The position numbers were made by a program, and so were the translations under genes. A stretch of 64,000 bases of DNA. Origin: an uncultured Lutibacter sp. Lineage in GTDB: Bacteria; Bacteroidota; Bacteroidia; Flavobacteriales; Flavobacteriaceae. Positions 9,820-19,458 of the stretch are shown here, one piece after another. How positions within the stretch are numbered: position 1 is the stretch's first letter; each line of letters opens with the position of its first letter. The notes under the pieces are model-generated. The model made no database searches. It saw only the letters and a program-made list of their open reading frames with translations, and was not told the DNA's origin. The stretch covers positions 1,347 to 65,346 of the forward strand of contig CAWVTS010000001.1 of NCBI GenBank assembly GCA_963933045.1, in the 5' to 3' direction.

Positions 9820-12558
9820 ATGAATACTTTTTTGTCTAGAGTTGTTAGTGATGTGCTTCTTAAAAAGAAAGTTGAAAATGAAAATTTAATTTTTGTTTTA
9901 CCTAGTCAAAGAGCAAGTGTTTTTTTAAAAAACGAAATCATAAAACAAATTTCTACTGCTAGTTTTTTACCTCAAATTAAAAGTATTGAAAATTACATTC
10001 AAGAGTTATCAGAAATAAAACAACTAGACACAATTCAATTGCTATTTGAATTTTATTCAATTTATAAAATCCATACTGAAAAAAGTGAGATAGATTCATT
10101 TGATGTTTTCTCACAATGGGCGACAATAGTCTTACAAGATTTTAATGAAGTTGATAGAAACTTGTTGGATTCTAAAGATTTGTTTACCTACTTGAGAGAT
10201 ATAAATAGACTGAAAGATTGGACGCCTGTAACTTTTATTTCAAAAAAGTACTTTTCGTTTTTCGAGAAATTACACCTATATTATAAAGAGTTTTATAAGT
10301 ACTTAATTTCAAAGAAACAAGGCTATCAAGGACTAATCTATCGAGAAGCAGAAAGTAATATACATCACTATATAAATAACAATTTAGAGAAGCACATCGT
10401 TTTCGTCGGGTTTAACGCGCTAAATATTGCTGAAGAGAAAATAGTACAAGAACTCCTTGAGAATCGAATAGCGTCTATTTATTGGGACGCAGACAGCAGA
10501 TACATTAATACTTCAAAAGAAACTGGATTTTTTTTAAGAAACTATAAGGATAATTGGAAGTATTATCAAGAAAACCCTTTTAATTGGACAGATGATTATT
10601 TAGATATCAATAAGAATATTAACTTTATTAATGCTACAAAAAACACGAGTCAATTAAAGTATGTTGGTAGTCTGTTACAACAGAAATCAGAGCATAATAA
10701 CACCGCATTAGTTTTGGCAGATGAATCTCTTCTTTCATTGACACTAAATTCATTACCCAAAAATATTGAGAAGATTAATATTACCATGGGTTTTCCATTA
10801 AATGAAATCCCATTAACTGAATTTTTTAATTCAGTTTTCAAATTATATATACATCAAGTAAAGTTTGAAAATACAAGTAAGAACTATTATTATTATAAAG
10901 ACATATTAAGTTTATTTAACCATCCATATTTAAGAAAATTAACGATTAACGAGGGGAAAAGCTATTTTTCAAATATTAGAAAAAACAATCGAATATTCTT
11001 ATCTGAAAAGCAAATTTCAGAACTATTTAATGAAAAAGAACAACCCACTTTAGAAAAAATAAAACCTCTTTTTTTTCAAGATAGTTATGAAGTGAAAAAT
11101 GTAATACAAAACTGTATTATTATTTGTAAAAATTTAAAAGAATCAGTAGTTGGAATAGAGAAAGAATATGTGTTTAGATTTTACACAATATTTCAGCAAT
11201 TGAATACATTAAACAACGATTTTGGATATATAACAAACATCAAAACATTACATCAGTTTTTTACTCAATTTGTTAATAACGAAAAACTTTCTTTTCAAGG
11301 TGAGCCACTTGAGGGATTACAATTGATGGGGATGCTTGAAACAAGAGTCATTGATTTCGAAACAGTAATAATAACATCAGCAAATGAAGGTGTGTTACCT
11401 ATGTCAAAATCAGAAAAGTCATTTATTCCTTTAGATGTTAAAAAACATTTTGGGCTGCCTACATACAAAGAAAAAGACGCAATTTTTTCTTATCATTTTC
11501 ACAGGTTACTGCATAGAGCAAAAAACATCTATTTGGTTTATAATACAGAAGGGGATGCATTTGGAACAGGAGAAAAAAGTAGATTTTTAAATCAATTAGA
11601 AATAGAAAGAAACGATATAAAATATAAAATACTAACACCAAAAACAACGATTAATAATAAACGATTAATCGAAATTAAAAAATCAGAGAGTTTAATGAAT
11701 TCTTTACGCGAACTTGCTAAAAAGGGTGTTTCTCCATCAGCATTAGCAACATATATTTATAATCCAATTGATTTTTATTATCAAAAGGTATTGAAAATTA
11801 AAGATGTTGATGAAGTTGAAGAAACAGTTGCTGTAAATACAATGGGAACCGTAATTCATGAAACGTTAGAAGAATTATACAAGCCTTATGTAAATAAAGT
11901 TTTAACGAAAGATTGCATCAAAAAGATGAATAGTCAATCAGAATTGATAGTTGAAAAAACGTTTCAAAATATTTATCTGAATGGTGAAATAGATACGGGT
12001 AAAAATAAATTAATTTTTGAGGTTTCAAAGAAATATATTGACAGATTTTTACAATTAGAGTTGGAAGATATTATTGATGGAAAACAAATAAAAATTATTG
12101 CTTTAGAAAAGCCATTATCTGCACAACTTGAAATAGAAAATTTAGATTTTCCATTAAAACTACATGGAATTATAGATCGAATTGATGAGATGGATGGAGT
12201 GAAAAGAATTGTAGATTATAAAACTGGACTTGTAACTTCCACTCAACTAAAAGCATCGGATTTCAGTTTATTAAGTAGTGATTATAAGTATACAAAGGCT
12301 TTGCAAGTGATGTTGTATACCTATCTATATTCACAAGAAAATAATTTTGATTTTGCAAATCCAATTGAAGCAGGAATCATTTCATTTAAAAATCTTAATA
12401 ATGGGTTTTTAAAAATGAATTTTGCTGATGGAAGGGGTAAAGAGCATTTAATTACTGATGAGAAAATGGGAGAATTCATTGTTGAGTTGAAAAGAATTTT
12501 AATTGAAATTTTTAATCCAGAAATTCCATTTCTAGAAAACAAAGACAAACCATTTTAA
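9820..12558 (+). CDS. addB: AddB-like PD-(D/E)XK nuclease protein
   Basis: 912 aa; degenerate helicase-like N-terminus (FVLPSQRA), SPSALATYIYNP, C-terminal GIIDRID..IVDYKTG nuclease motif. Confidence 0.82.
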   Translation: MNTFLSRVVSDVLLKKKVENENLIFVLPSQRASVFLKNEIIKQISTASFLPQIKSIENYIQELSEIKQLDTIQLLFEFYSIYKIHTEKSEIDSFDVFSQWATIVLQDFNEVDRNLLDSKDLFTYLRDINRLKDWTPVTFISKKYFSFFEKLHLYYKEFYKYLISKKQGYQGLIYREAESNIHHYINNNLEKHIVFVGFNALNIAEEKIVQELLENRIASIYWDADSRYINTSKETGFFLRNYKDNWKYYQENPFNWTDDYLDINKNINFINATKNTSQLKYVGSLLQQKSEHNNTALVLADESLLSLTLNSLPKNIEKINITMGFPLNEIPLTEFFNSVFKLYIHQVKFENTSKNYYYYKDILSLFNHPYLRKLTINEGKSYFSNIRKNNRIFLSEKQISELFNEKEQPTLEKIKPLFFQDSYEVKNVIQNCIIICKNLKESVVGIEKEYVFRFYTIFQQLNTLNNDFGYITNIKTLHQFFTQFVNNEKLSFQGEPLEGLQLMGMLETRVIDFETVIITSANEGVLPMSKSEKSFIPLDVKKHFGLPTYKEKDAIFSYHFHRLLHRAKNIYLVYNTEGDAFGTGEKSRFLNQLEIERNDIKYKILTPKTTINNKRLIEIKKSESLMNSLRELAKKGVSPSALATYIYNPIDFYYQKVLKIKDVDEVEETVAVNTMGTVIHETLEELYKPYVNKVLTKDCIKKMNSQSELIVEKTFQNIYLNGEIDTGKNKLIFEVSKKYIDRFLQLELEDIIDGKQIKIIALEKPLSAQLEIENLDFPLKLHGIIDRIDEMDGVKRIVDYKTGLVTSTQLKASDFSLLSSDYKYTKALQVMLYTYLYSQENNFDFANPIEAGIISFKNLNNGFLKMNFADGRGKEHLITDEKMGEFIVELKRILIEIFNPEIPFLENKDKPF

Positions 12559-12568
12559 AGTAAATTTA

Positions 12569-13414
12569 ATGGAAATAACATCTAATTTTATTGTTAAGAG
12601 TTCTTATCACAGTAAGTCTATACTAACGGATATTTACTACAAACCAAACAATATTCAAAAACCAATTGTTATATTTTGTCATGGTTATAAAGGTTTTAAA
12701 AATTGGGGAGCATGGGATATGATGGCGAAAAAAATGGCAAAGAAGGATATTTTTTTTCTAAAATTTAATTTTTCTCATAACGGTGGAACAATTGAAAATC
12801 CAATAGATTTTTCAGATTTAGAATCTTTTGGAAATAACAATTATAGTATTGAATTAAATGATTTAGAGGATATAATTAATTGGATTTCTAACAATAATAA
12901 ATATAAAGACGAAATAGACCTTCATAATATTACTTTGATTGGGCATTCAAGAGGTGGAGGGATTGTCACTATAAAAGCATCTGAAAACGATAAAATTTCA
13001 AAGGTTATTTCTTGGAATGGAGTTTCAGATTACGATTCTAGATTTGTAAAAGGAGAAGAATTAGTGAAATGGAAAAGTACAGGAGTTAGATATGTTACCA
13101 ATTCTCGGACGAAACAACAGATGCCTCATTTTTATCAATTTTTTGAAAATTTTGAATTGAATAAAGAGCGGTTATCTATTAAAAAAGCAGTTGAAAGACT
13201 TCAAATTCCATACTTAATTATTACAGGAGAAAAAGATACCGCAGTAAAGCCATTTGAAGGAGAAAACATGCATCAATGGAATTCTAAAAGCCAATTAGTT
13301 TGTATTGAAGGTATGAATCACACTTTAGGCGCAAAACACCCTTGGAATGAAGAAAATTTACCGATGCATTTAGACAAGGTAATTCAATTGAGTATAGATT
13401 TTATTAAAAGTTGA
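12569..13414 (+). CDS. Alpha/beta hydrolase
   Basis: FCHGYKG, GHSRGGG nucleophile elbow, GEKD and NH(T) for the rest of the catalytic triad. Confidence 0.85.
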   Translation: MEITSNFIVKSSYHSKSILTDIYYKPNNIQKPIVIFCHGYKGFKNWGAWDMMAKKMAKKDIFFLKFNFSHNGGTIENPIDFSDLESFGNNNYSIELNDLEDIINWISNNNKYKDEIDLHNITLIGHSRGGGIVTIKASENDKISKVISWNGVSDYDSRFVKGEELVKWKSTGVRYVTNSRTKQQMPHFYQFFENFELNKERLSIKKAVERLQIPYLIITGEKDTAVKPFEGENMHQWNSKSQLVCIEGMNHTLGAKHPWNEENLPMHLDKVIQLSIDFIKS

Positions 13415-13432
13415 TTTTGAATAAAACGAACA

Positions 13433-14767
13433 ATGTATAAAGCCTCAAATTTAACATTTAAAGGGATTAATAGATTGGCAATTCCTGCAATTATTTCTGG
13501 AATTGCAGAGCCTCTTCTTTCAATTACCGATACTGCCATTGTTGGAAACATAGAATTAAATTCAGTAGAATCATTAGCTGCTGTTGGAATTGCAGGGTCT
13601 TTCATTTCTGCGTTAGTATGGATTTTAGCACAAACTCGATCAGCAATTTCAGCAATTGTCGGTAGATATTTAGGAGCAAAAAAGTTAGATGAAATTGCAA
13701 CCTTACCTTCGCAAATTATCTTTATCAATCTTATAATAAGTATTGTTTTATATTTTGTTTCAAGTTATTTTGCAACAGAAATATTCAAATTATATAATGC
13801 AGAAGGTTTAATCTTAAACTATTCAGTTTCCTATTACAAAATTCGAATTATTGGCTTTCCATTAACGTTATTCATTTTTTCAGTATTTGGTGTTTTTAGA
13901 GGATTACAAAACACCTTTTGGCCAATGATTATTAGTATTGTTGGAGTGAGTATTAATGTTGTACTTGACATAATTTTAGTCTATGGTATTGATGGATATT
14001 TAGAGCCTATGAATATTAGTGGCGCTGCGTGGGCAAGCGTAATTTCGCAAGGGGTTATGGCTTTATTAGCATTAATTTTACTGCTAAAGAAAACGCCGTT
14101 TAGTTTAAAGTTTTCGTTGCCATTTAATAAAGAGATTGGTAATATACTTTCAATAAGTTTTAACCTAATTATTAGAGCCATAGCATTGAATGTAGCGCTG
14201 TTTATGGCAAATGCATATGCAACTAAATATGGAGACAATTTTATTGCTGCTCAAACAATTGCATTTCAAATTTGGCTCTTTTTCGCTTTCTTTATTGATG
14301 GGTATTCCAGTGTTGGAAATATTGTTTCAGGAAAATTATTGGGCGAAAAAGATTATAAAAGTATGTGGAAATTGAGTATAAAACTTAGTAAGTATACCGT
14401 AATTATTTCAATAATAATGGTTGCTTTATGTGCTGTTTTTTATGTTCCAATAGGAAGTCTATTCTCTAAAGATGCGTTTGTTTTGCAGTCATTTTATAGT
14501 GTCTTTTGGATTGTTTTATTGATGCAGCCAATAAATGCTATAGCGTTTGTATTTGACGGCATATTTAAAGGGCTGGCTGAGGCTGCAATTTTAAGAAATT
14601 TATTATTGATTGCTACATTTTTAGGATTTGTTCCAGCACTTTTAATTGGAGACTATTTTGGATTAAAATTAACAGGTATTTGGATTGCTTTTACAATTTG
14701 GATGCTGTTAAGAGCAGGAATATTAGTTGTTAAATTTAGAAAAAAATATTTGACTAAAAACACGTAA
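13433..14767 (+). CDS. MATE family efflux transporter (DinF-like)
   Basis: 444 aa, about 12 TM segments, LAIPAIISGIAEPLLSITDTAIVG, GVFRGLQNT. Confidence 0.9.
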   Translation: MYKASNLTFKGINRLAIPAIISGIAEPLLSITDTAIVGNIELNSVESLAAVGIAGSFISALVWILAQTRSAISAIVGRYLGAKKLDEIATLPSQIIFINLIISIVLYFVSSYFATEIFKLYNAEGLILNYSVSYYKIRIIGFPLTLFIFSVFGVFRGLQNTFWPMIISIVGVSINVVLDIILVYGIDGYLEPMNISGAAWASVISQGVMALLALILLLKKTPFSLKFSLPFNKEIGNILSISFNLIIRAIALNVALFMANAYATKYGDNFIAAQTIAFQIWLFFAFFIDGYSSVGNIVSGKLLGEKDYKSMWKLSIKLSKYTVIISIIMVALCAVFYVPIGSLFSKDAFVLQSFYSVFWIVLLMQPINAIAFVFDGIFKGLAEAAILRNLLLIATFLGFVPALLIGDYFGLKLTGIWIAFTIWMLLRAGILVVKFRKKYLTKNT

Positions 14768-14857
14768 CTTTGACCTATGAAAAATGCGCAGAAAGAAGTA
14801 CTAATTTTGTGTTCCTAGAATTCTTTAAAATACGTTAAATAAATTTAAAAAATAATT

Positions 14858-15307
14858 ATGAGTAACATTCGAATTACTAAGCAATTTGATTTTGAAACAG
14901 GTCATGCCCTATATGGATATGACGGAAAGTGTAAAAATGTCCATGGCCATAGTTATAAACTATCAGTAACGGTTATTGGAACTCCAATTTCTGACAATAA
15001 TAACGTCAAATTTGGAATGGTGATTGACTTTGGAGATTTAAAAAAAATAGTAAATGAAGAAATTGTAGATAAGTTTGATCACGCAACGGTGTTTAATAAG
15101 AATACACCTCATGTCGAGCTTGCTCATGAATTAGCAACACGCGGACACAATGTAATATTAGTTGATTATCAGCCTACAAGTGAGATGATGATTATTGATT
15201 TTGCTAAAAAGATTAAAAGTAAATTACCAGAGGATGTCAAGTTGCATTCTTTAAAATTACAAGAAACAGGGACTTCTCATGCTGAGTGGTTTGCGGCGGA
15301 TAATTAA
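14858..15307 (+). CDS. queD: 6-carboxytetrahydropterin synthase (PTPS family)
   Basis: FETGHAL..GKCKNVHGHSYKL metal-binding motif, IDFGDLK, C-terminal LQET. Confidence 0.9.
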   Translation: MSNIRITKQFDFETGHALYGYDGKCKNVHGHSYKLSVTVIGTPISDNNNVKFGMVIDFGDLKKIVNEEIVDKFDHATVFNKNTPHVELAHELATRGHNVILVDYQPTSEMMIIDFAKKIKSKLPEDVKLHSLKLQETGTSHAEWFAADN

Positions 15308-15309
15308 AA

Positions 15310-15936
15310 CTACTTCCCGTTAAAAGTGCTCATTGTATTTGCCATTCCTTCAGTTCCAAATGAAGTGATCAGATTGCAGGCAACAGGAATTCGCTCTATT
15401 AATTCACTTATTTCTTCTTTAGACCATTCGCTCAATACAAAACCTACTTGCCGTCCTTTTGAATAATTTGCGCCAACACCAAATCTAAATCTTGGATACT
15501 TAGAGGTATTTAGTTTGTCTTGAATATCTTTCAAACCATTATGACCTCCAGCACTTCCTTTTCCTTTTAATCGAATGGTTCCGAAGTCAATATTCAAATC
15601 ATCAGTTACAATCAAAAGATTTTCTACAGAAATGTTTTCTTTAGTCATCCAATATTTAACCGCTTTTCCACTTAAGTTCATATAGGTACTAGGCTTTAAT
15701 AAAATAAATGTTCTTCCTTTAAAACGAAATTGAGTGATATCTCCTAATTTATCTGTTTCAAAAGTAACATCATGGTCTTTTGCTAATCCATCTAAAATTT
15801 TAAAACCAATATTATGACGCGTCTCGTTATATCTTTCACCAATATTTCCTAATCCGACTATAAGGTATTTTTTCATAGGGTCAATAGTTTCAGTTTCTTT
15901 AAAAAAGATATTTTTGAAAAACGAAATGATATTCAT
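15310..15936 (-). CDS. pth: Peptidyl-tRNA hydrolase
   Basis: LIVGLGNIG..Y..TRHNIGF, KPSTYMNLSG, GSAGGHNGLK. Confidence 0.97.
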   Translation of the reverse strand: MNIISFFKNIFFKETETIDPMKKYLIVGLGNIGERYNETRHNIGFKILDGLAKDHDVTFETDKLGDITQFRFKGRTFILLKPSTYMNLSGKAVKYWMTKENISVENLLIVTDDLNIDFGTIRLKGKGSAGGHNGLKDIQDKLNTSKYPRFRFGVGANYSKGRQVGFVLSEWSKEEISELIERIPVACNLITSFGTEGMANTMSTFNGK

Positions 15937-15944
15937 TTCGTAAA

Positions 15945-15978
15945 AATAAAAAAAGCGCTACAGTTTAGTAGCGCTTTT
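15945..15978 (-). terminator. Rho-independent terminator after rplY
   Basis: aaaagcgctac-agttta-gtagcgctttt inverted repeat with a T-tract on the minus strand. Confidence 0.8.
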
Positions 15979-15999
15979 AAATATAATTTTAGAAAAAAT

Positions 16000-16635
16000 T
16001 TATTCTGCAGCTGGAGCAGCTTCAGCATTTTCTCCTTCAGTTCCTTCAGTTCCTTCTTCACCTTCTTCATCTTCTTCATCTTCAGCAGCGTTACGAGACA
16101 TTCTAACTTGTGCCACAACAGTATTGTCTGGATGTAAAAAAGTACAGTTATTATTGTCAAGATCAGTTACAAATATTTTACTTCCAATTTTTAATGCTGA
16201 AATATCAGCATTAAAAAAGTCAGGTAGGTTATCAGGTAAACCTTTAACTCTTAATTTACGCTTTGGAAAACGTAAAGAACCACCATTCAATACTCCAGGA
16301 GCATTTCCAATAAGATTTACAGGAATACTCATCGTTACTTCCTTATCACTAAATATTTGGAAGAAGTCTATATGTATGATTTTGTCAGTTACTGGGTGAA
16401 ATTGAATATCTTGTAAAATTGCACTGAATTTTTCACCACTTTCAAGTTCAATCATTGCAGTATATACATTTGATGTGTACACTAATTTTTTGAATGCTAA
16501 TTCATTCGCTGAAAAGTGCAAAGCTTGTTCACCTCCGTATAATACGCAAGGTACCTTTCCAGCATTACGTAAGGCTTTAGTTGATACTTTACCTACGCTT
16601 TCTCTTTTTGATCCTTTGATTGTAATCGATTTCAT
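16000..16635 (-). CDS. rplY: 50S ribosomal protein L25/Ctc
   Basis: [27 protein letters not shown], acidic C-terminal tail. Confidence 0.96.
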   Translation of the reverse strand: MKSITIKGSKRESVGKVSTKALRNAGKVPCVLYGGEQALHFSANELAFKKLVYTSNVYTAMIELESGEKFSAILQDIQFHPVTDKIIHIDFFQIFSDKEVTMSIPVNLIGNAPGVLNGGSLRFPKRKLRVKGLPDNLPDFFNADISALKIGSKIFVTDLDNNNCTFLHPDNTVVAQVRMSRNAAEDEEDEEGEEGTEGTEGENAEAAPAAE

Positions 16636-16651
16636 TTTTATTGTTTATTTG

Positions 16652-17593
16652 TTACATTATAAATTTATCACTAATGGATGTGTTGTTTTGAACATTCTTC
16701 ATCACATCAGCAAATAAAGGGGCGCAAGTTACAATTTTTATTTTAGAAGAACTTGTTTTTGTAGGAATTGTATCTGAAATAATTAACTCAGTTAATTTTG
16801 AATTTTCTATACGCTCTACAGCGTTTCCAGTAAGCAATCCATGTGTTGTAATTGCACGTACACTTATGGCTCCTCTTTCCATCATTAAATTTGCTGCTGC
16901 CGTTAGTGTTCCTGCTGTATCGACCATATCGTCAACAAGTATAACATTTTTACCGCTTACGTCTCCAATTAACTCCATGTGTGAGATAATATTGGCTTTT
17001 AAACGTTGTTTGTAGCAAATAACAACTTCACATTTTAGATGTTTTGAATATGCATATGCTCTTTTTGAACCACCCATATCTGGAGAAGCAATCATCAAAT
17101 TATCTAGATTTAAACTTTTGATATAAGGCATAAAAATAGTCGAAGCATATAAGTGATCTACAGGTCTTTCAAAAAAGCCTTGAATTTGATCCGCATGTAA
17201 ATCCATTGTAACAATTCGTGTTGCGCCGGCTGATTCTAGCATTTTAGCAACCAATTTGGCGGTAATTGGAACTCTAGGTTTGTCTTTTCTGTCTTGCCTT
17301 GCCCAACCAAAATAAGGTATTACAGCAGTAATATGCCTTGCTGATGCTCTTTTAGCAGCATCAATGATCATTAGCATCTCCATTAAATTATCTGCATTAG
17401 GAAAAGTAGAGCCGATAATGAAAATTCGTCTTCCCCTTACTGATTCTTCTAGTGCAGGCTGGAACTCACCATCACTATATTCAGAAAAGTTAACGTTTCC
17501 TAGTTCTGCACCATATTCTTTTACGATTTTTGCAGCTAGTTCTGGGCTTTGTCTGCACGCAAAGAACTTAGGTTCAATGGTATTTTTTGTCAT
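16652..17593 (-). CDS. prs: Ribose-phosphate pyrophosphokinase
   Basis: YSDGE, PYFGWARQDRK, MDLHADQIQGFF, VDDMVDTAGT. Start set to ATG 17593 because a TACTTTTG -7 element sits at 17620-17627 on the minus strand. Confidence 0.97.
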   Translation of the reverse strand: MTKNTIEPKFFACRQSPELAAKIVKEYGAELGNVNFSEYSDGEFQPALEESVRGRRIFIIGSTFPNADNLMEMLMIIDAAKRASARHITAVIPYFGWARQDRKDKPRVPITAKLVAKMLESAGATRIVTMDLHADQIQGFFERPVDHLYASTIFMPYIKSLNLDNLMIASPDMGGSKRAYAYSKHLKCEVVICYKQRLKANIISHMELIGDVSGKNVILVDDMVDTAGTLTAAANLMMERGAISVRAITTHGLLTGNAVERIENSKLTELIISDTIPTKTSSSKIKIVTCAPLFADVMKNVQNNTSISDKFIM

Positions 17594-17670
17594 TTTAAAA
17601 GATATTTTGTGTTGTGTCACAAAAGTAAAATAAAATAGTTGGGATTGTATGATATAAAATAAATTATTTT

Positions 17671-17679
17671 ATAGATTTG
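17671..17679 (+). promoter_or_regulatory. Bacteroidota -7 element (TAGATTTG) for tRNA-Leu
   Basis: atagatttg about 20 nt upstream of the tRNA 5' end. Confidence 0.6.
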
Positions 17680-17698
17680 CACACACTTTTACAACTAT

Positions 17699-17780
17699 GC
17701 TCAAGTGGCGGAATTGGTAGACGCGCTGGATTCAAAATCCAGTAACTTTGGTTGTGTGGGTTCGATTCCCACCTTGAGTA
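17699..17780 (+). tRNA. tRNA-Leu (anticodon CAA)
   Basis: Acceptor GCTCAAG/CTTGAGT, D-arm GGCGGAATTGGTAGACGC, anticodon stem CTGGA-TTCAAAA-TCCAG, long variable arm, GGTTCGATTCC T-loop, discriminator A; CCA not encoded. Confidence 0.97.
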
Positions 17781-17781
17781 C

Positions 17782-17860
17782 AAAATAAAACCTCATAATA
17801 TTGATTATCAATAAGTTGAGGTTTTTTATTTTAAAAAATAACAACTATTTGACAACTACT
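17782..17860 (+). repeat. Post-tRNA hairpin with inner palindrome and direct repeats (terminator / att-site-like)
   Basis: aaaataaaacctca...tgaggttttttatttt outer stem enclosing TATTGAT-T-ATCAATA, followed by tandem ACAACTATTT-G-ACAACTACT. Confidence 0.6.
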
Positions 17861-17902
17861 TAAGAAAAACCCCTCTTTATGGTGTTACAAACAACCTATT
17901 TG

Positions 17903-18019
17903 TCATTTTATGAAAACAGATGAATAGAATTCCATTATTGGATTAATTTCATTGAGATCACAAGCAAAAGTAAAAGCCGAAATCAGAATTGTTAATACTG
18001 TCAGGATTCGTTTTTTCAT
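17903..18019 (-). pseudogene. 38-codon lipoprotein-signal ORF, probably truncated
   Basis: Manual translation MKKRILTVLTILISAFTFACDLNEINPIMEFYSSVFIK*: SPII signal with Cys20 and almost no mature domain. Confidence 0.45.
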
Positions 18020-18149
18020 ATTTATACCTAAAATTTTAATTTTGGGATTATATTTTATAGTATTTAATTCTTTATTTATGTTGGGATGTCAATTTTAATA
18101 GGAATAAAAATTTTCATGGTGCTGTGCTAAATATTAAACAGTTAAATAT

Positions 18150-19262
18150 TTAGTTTTTACCAGTAATCATATTTACAGTTGCAACAGTTCTAAATCCTAA
18201 ATGATCGGATCCAGAATCTTTGCTAGTTGACATTCTTGCCGATATTCTATAACTGGCGCAGTATGAATCGTGACATAAATATGAACCTCCTTTCATTACC
18301 ATTTCAATTTGATATGGATTTTGAGGATTATAATATTCTTTAGATCCTGTTGGATTTATTATTATTTTAGAGGTATACAACTCTTTATAATAATTTGAAT
18401 CATAGATATCACTTGTCCACTCCCAAACGTTACCTATCATATCATATAAGCCTATACTATTTGGAGGGTAAGATTTTATAGGGGCTATATACTCAAACCC
18501 ATCTTTAGATTGATTTTTAATTGGAAATTTACCTTGCCATGTGTTGGCGTTATTATTTAAGGTTTCTGGGTTATCTCCCCAGGTAAATATAGCTTTAGTT
18601 TGGTTGCCTTGAGCAGCAGATTCCCATTCTGCTTCAGTAGGTAAACGTCTATTAGTCCATTTGCAATAAGCCTGTGCATCTTCATAAGCTACATGCACTA
18701 CGGGATAATTATCCTTACCTTCAATAGAACTTCCCACACCGTTTGGTAGTTTCCAGTTAGCACCAATTTTCCAGGTCCACCACTGGTTATAATTAGTCAT
18801 ATTAACTTCAGCATTTACTGCTTTATTAAAGGTCAAGCATCCTGGTTGTAGAATAGAATCATGAGGTTTTTTTGTATTTTTTGGAAGTTCTTTTTTCATC
18901 TCCTCCCAATTTATAAGTCGTTCTGCAACAGTTATATAATTTGTAGCTTTTACGAAGGTTTTAAATTGTTTGTTTGTAACCTCTGTAGCGTCTATAAAAA
19001 AACCATCTACTGTAACTAAATGAGCTGGTTTTTCTTTCATCACAGCAAATTTGTCATTAGATTTTGCTCCTTGTAAAAATGTTTTTCCTTTAACCCAAAT
19101 CATTCCTTCAGGAACTTTTAGGTTAGAAGGCTTTTCTTTTAAAATCTCGTAAGTCTTTTCTTTTTTCGCTTGCACCTTCTTCTTTGTTTCAGTTTTACAA
19201 TTGAAACACATTAGTATTACAGTAAGAATGAGCAGCTTTTGGATTTTTAATTGAAATTTCAT
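18150..19262 (-). CDS. Formylglycine-generating enzyme (SUMF1/FGE-sulfatase family), lipoprotein signal
   Basis: FFIDATEVTN.QF, YPVVHVAYEDAQAYC, RRLPTEAEWE, GLYDMIGNVWEW, KGGSYLCHDSYC (CxxxxC active site), HLGFRT; N-terminal LMCFNCK lipobox-like. Confidence 0.88.
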   Translation of the reverse strand: MKFQLKIQKLLILTVILMCFNCKTETKKKVQAKKEKTYEILKEKPSNLKVPEGMIWVKGKTFLQGAKSNDKFAVMKEKPAHLVTVDGFFIDATEVTNKQFKTFVKATNYITVAERLINWEEMKKELPKNTKKPHDSILQPGCLTFNKAVNAEVNMTNYNQWWTWKIGANWKLPNGVGSSIEGKDNYPVVHVAYEDAQAYCKWTNRRLPTEAEWESAAQGNQTKAIFTWGDNPETLNNNANTWQGKFPIKNQSKDGFEYIAPIKSYPPNSIGLYDMIGNVWEWTSDIYDSNYYKELYTSKIIINPTGSKEYYNPQNPYQIEMVMKGGSYLCHDSYCASYRISARMSTSKDSGSDHLGFRTVATVNMITGKN

Positions 19263-19458
19263 TAAGCAGTTTTTAATTACATTCAATTCTCAAAACTAAA
19301 CAAATTATAGATATTGAAGTTAAATACTTTTATATTATTCATATTTTCTTCTTATCGGAGTACTATTTTATATGTAAAAAAACTCAACATATATAATTTT
19401 TCACTTTATTAAATAATAAAATTTATCTTTATCACCACGTTAAATATAATTATATACA

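Noticed and set aside
18150-19262. Possible GldK/GldJ gliding-motility lipoprotein
   Set aside because: It retains the FGE CxxxxC motif, is short, and has no gld genes nearby; the sulfatase context fits FGE better.
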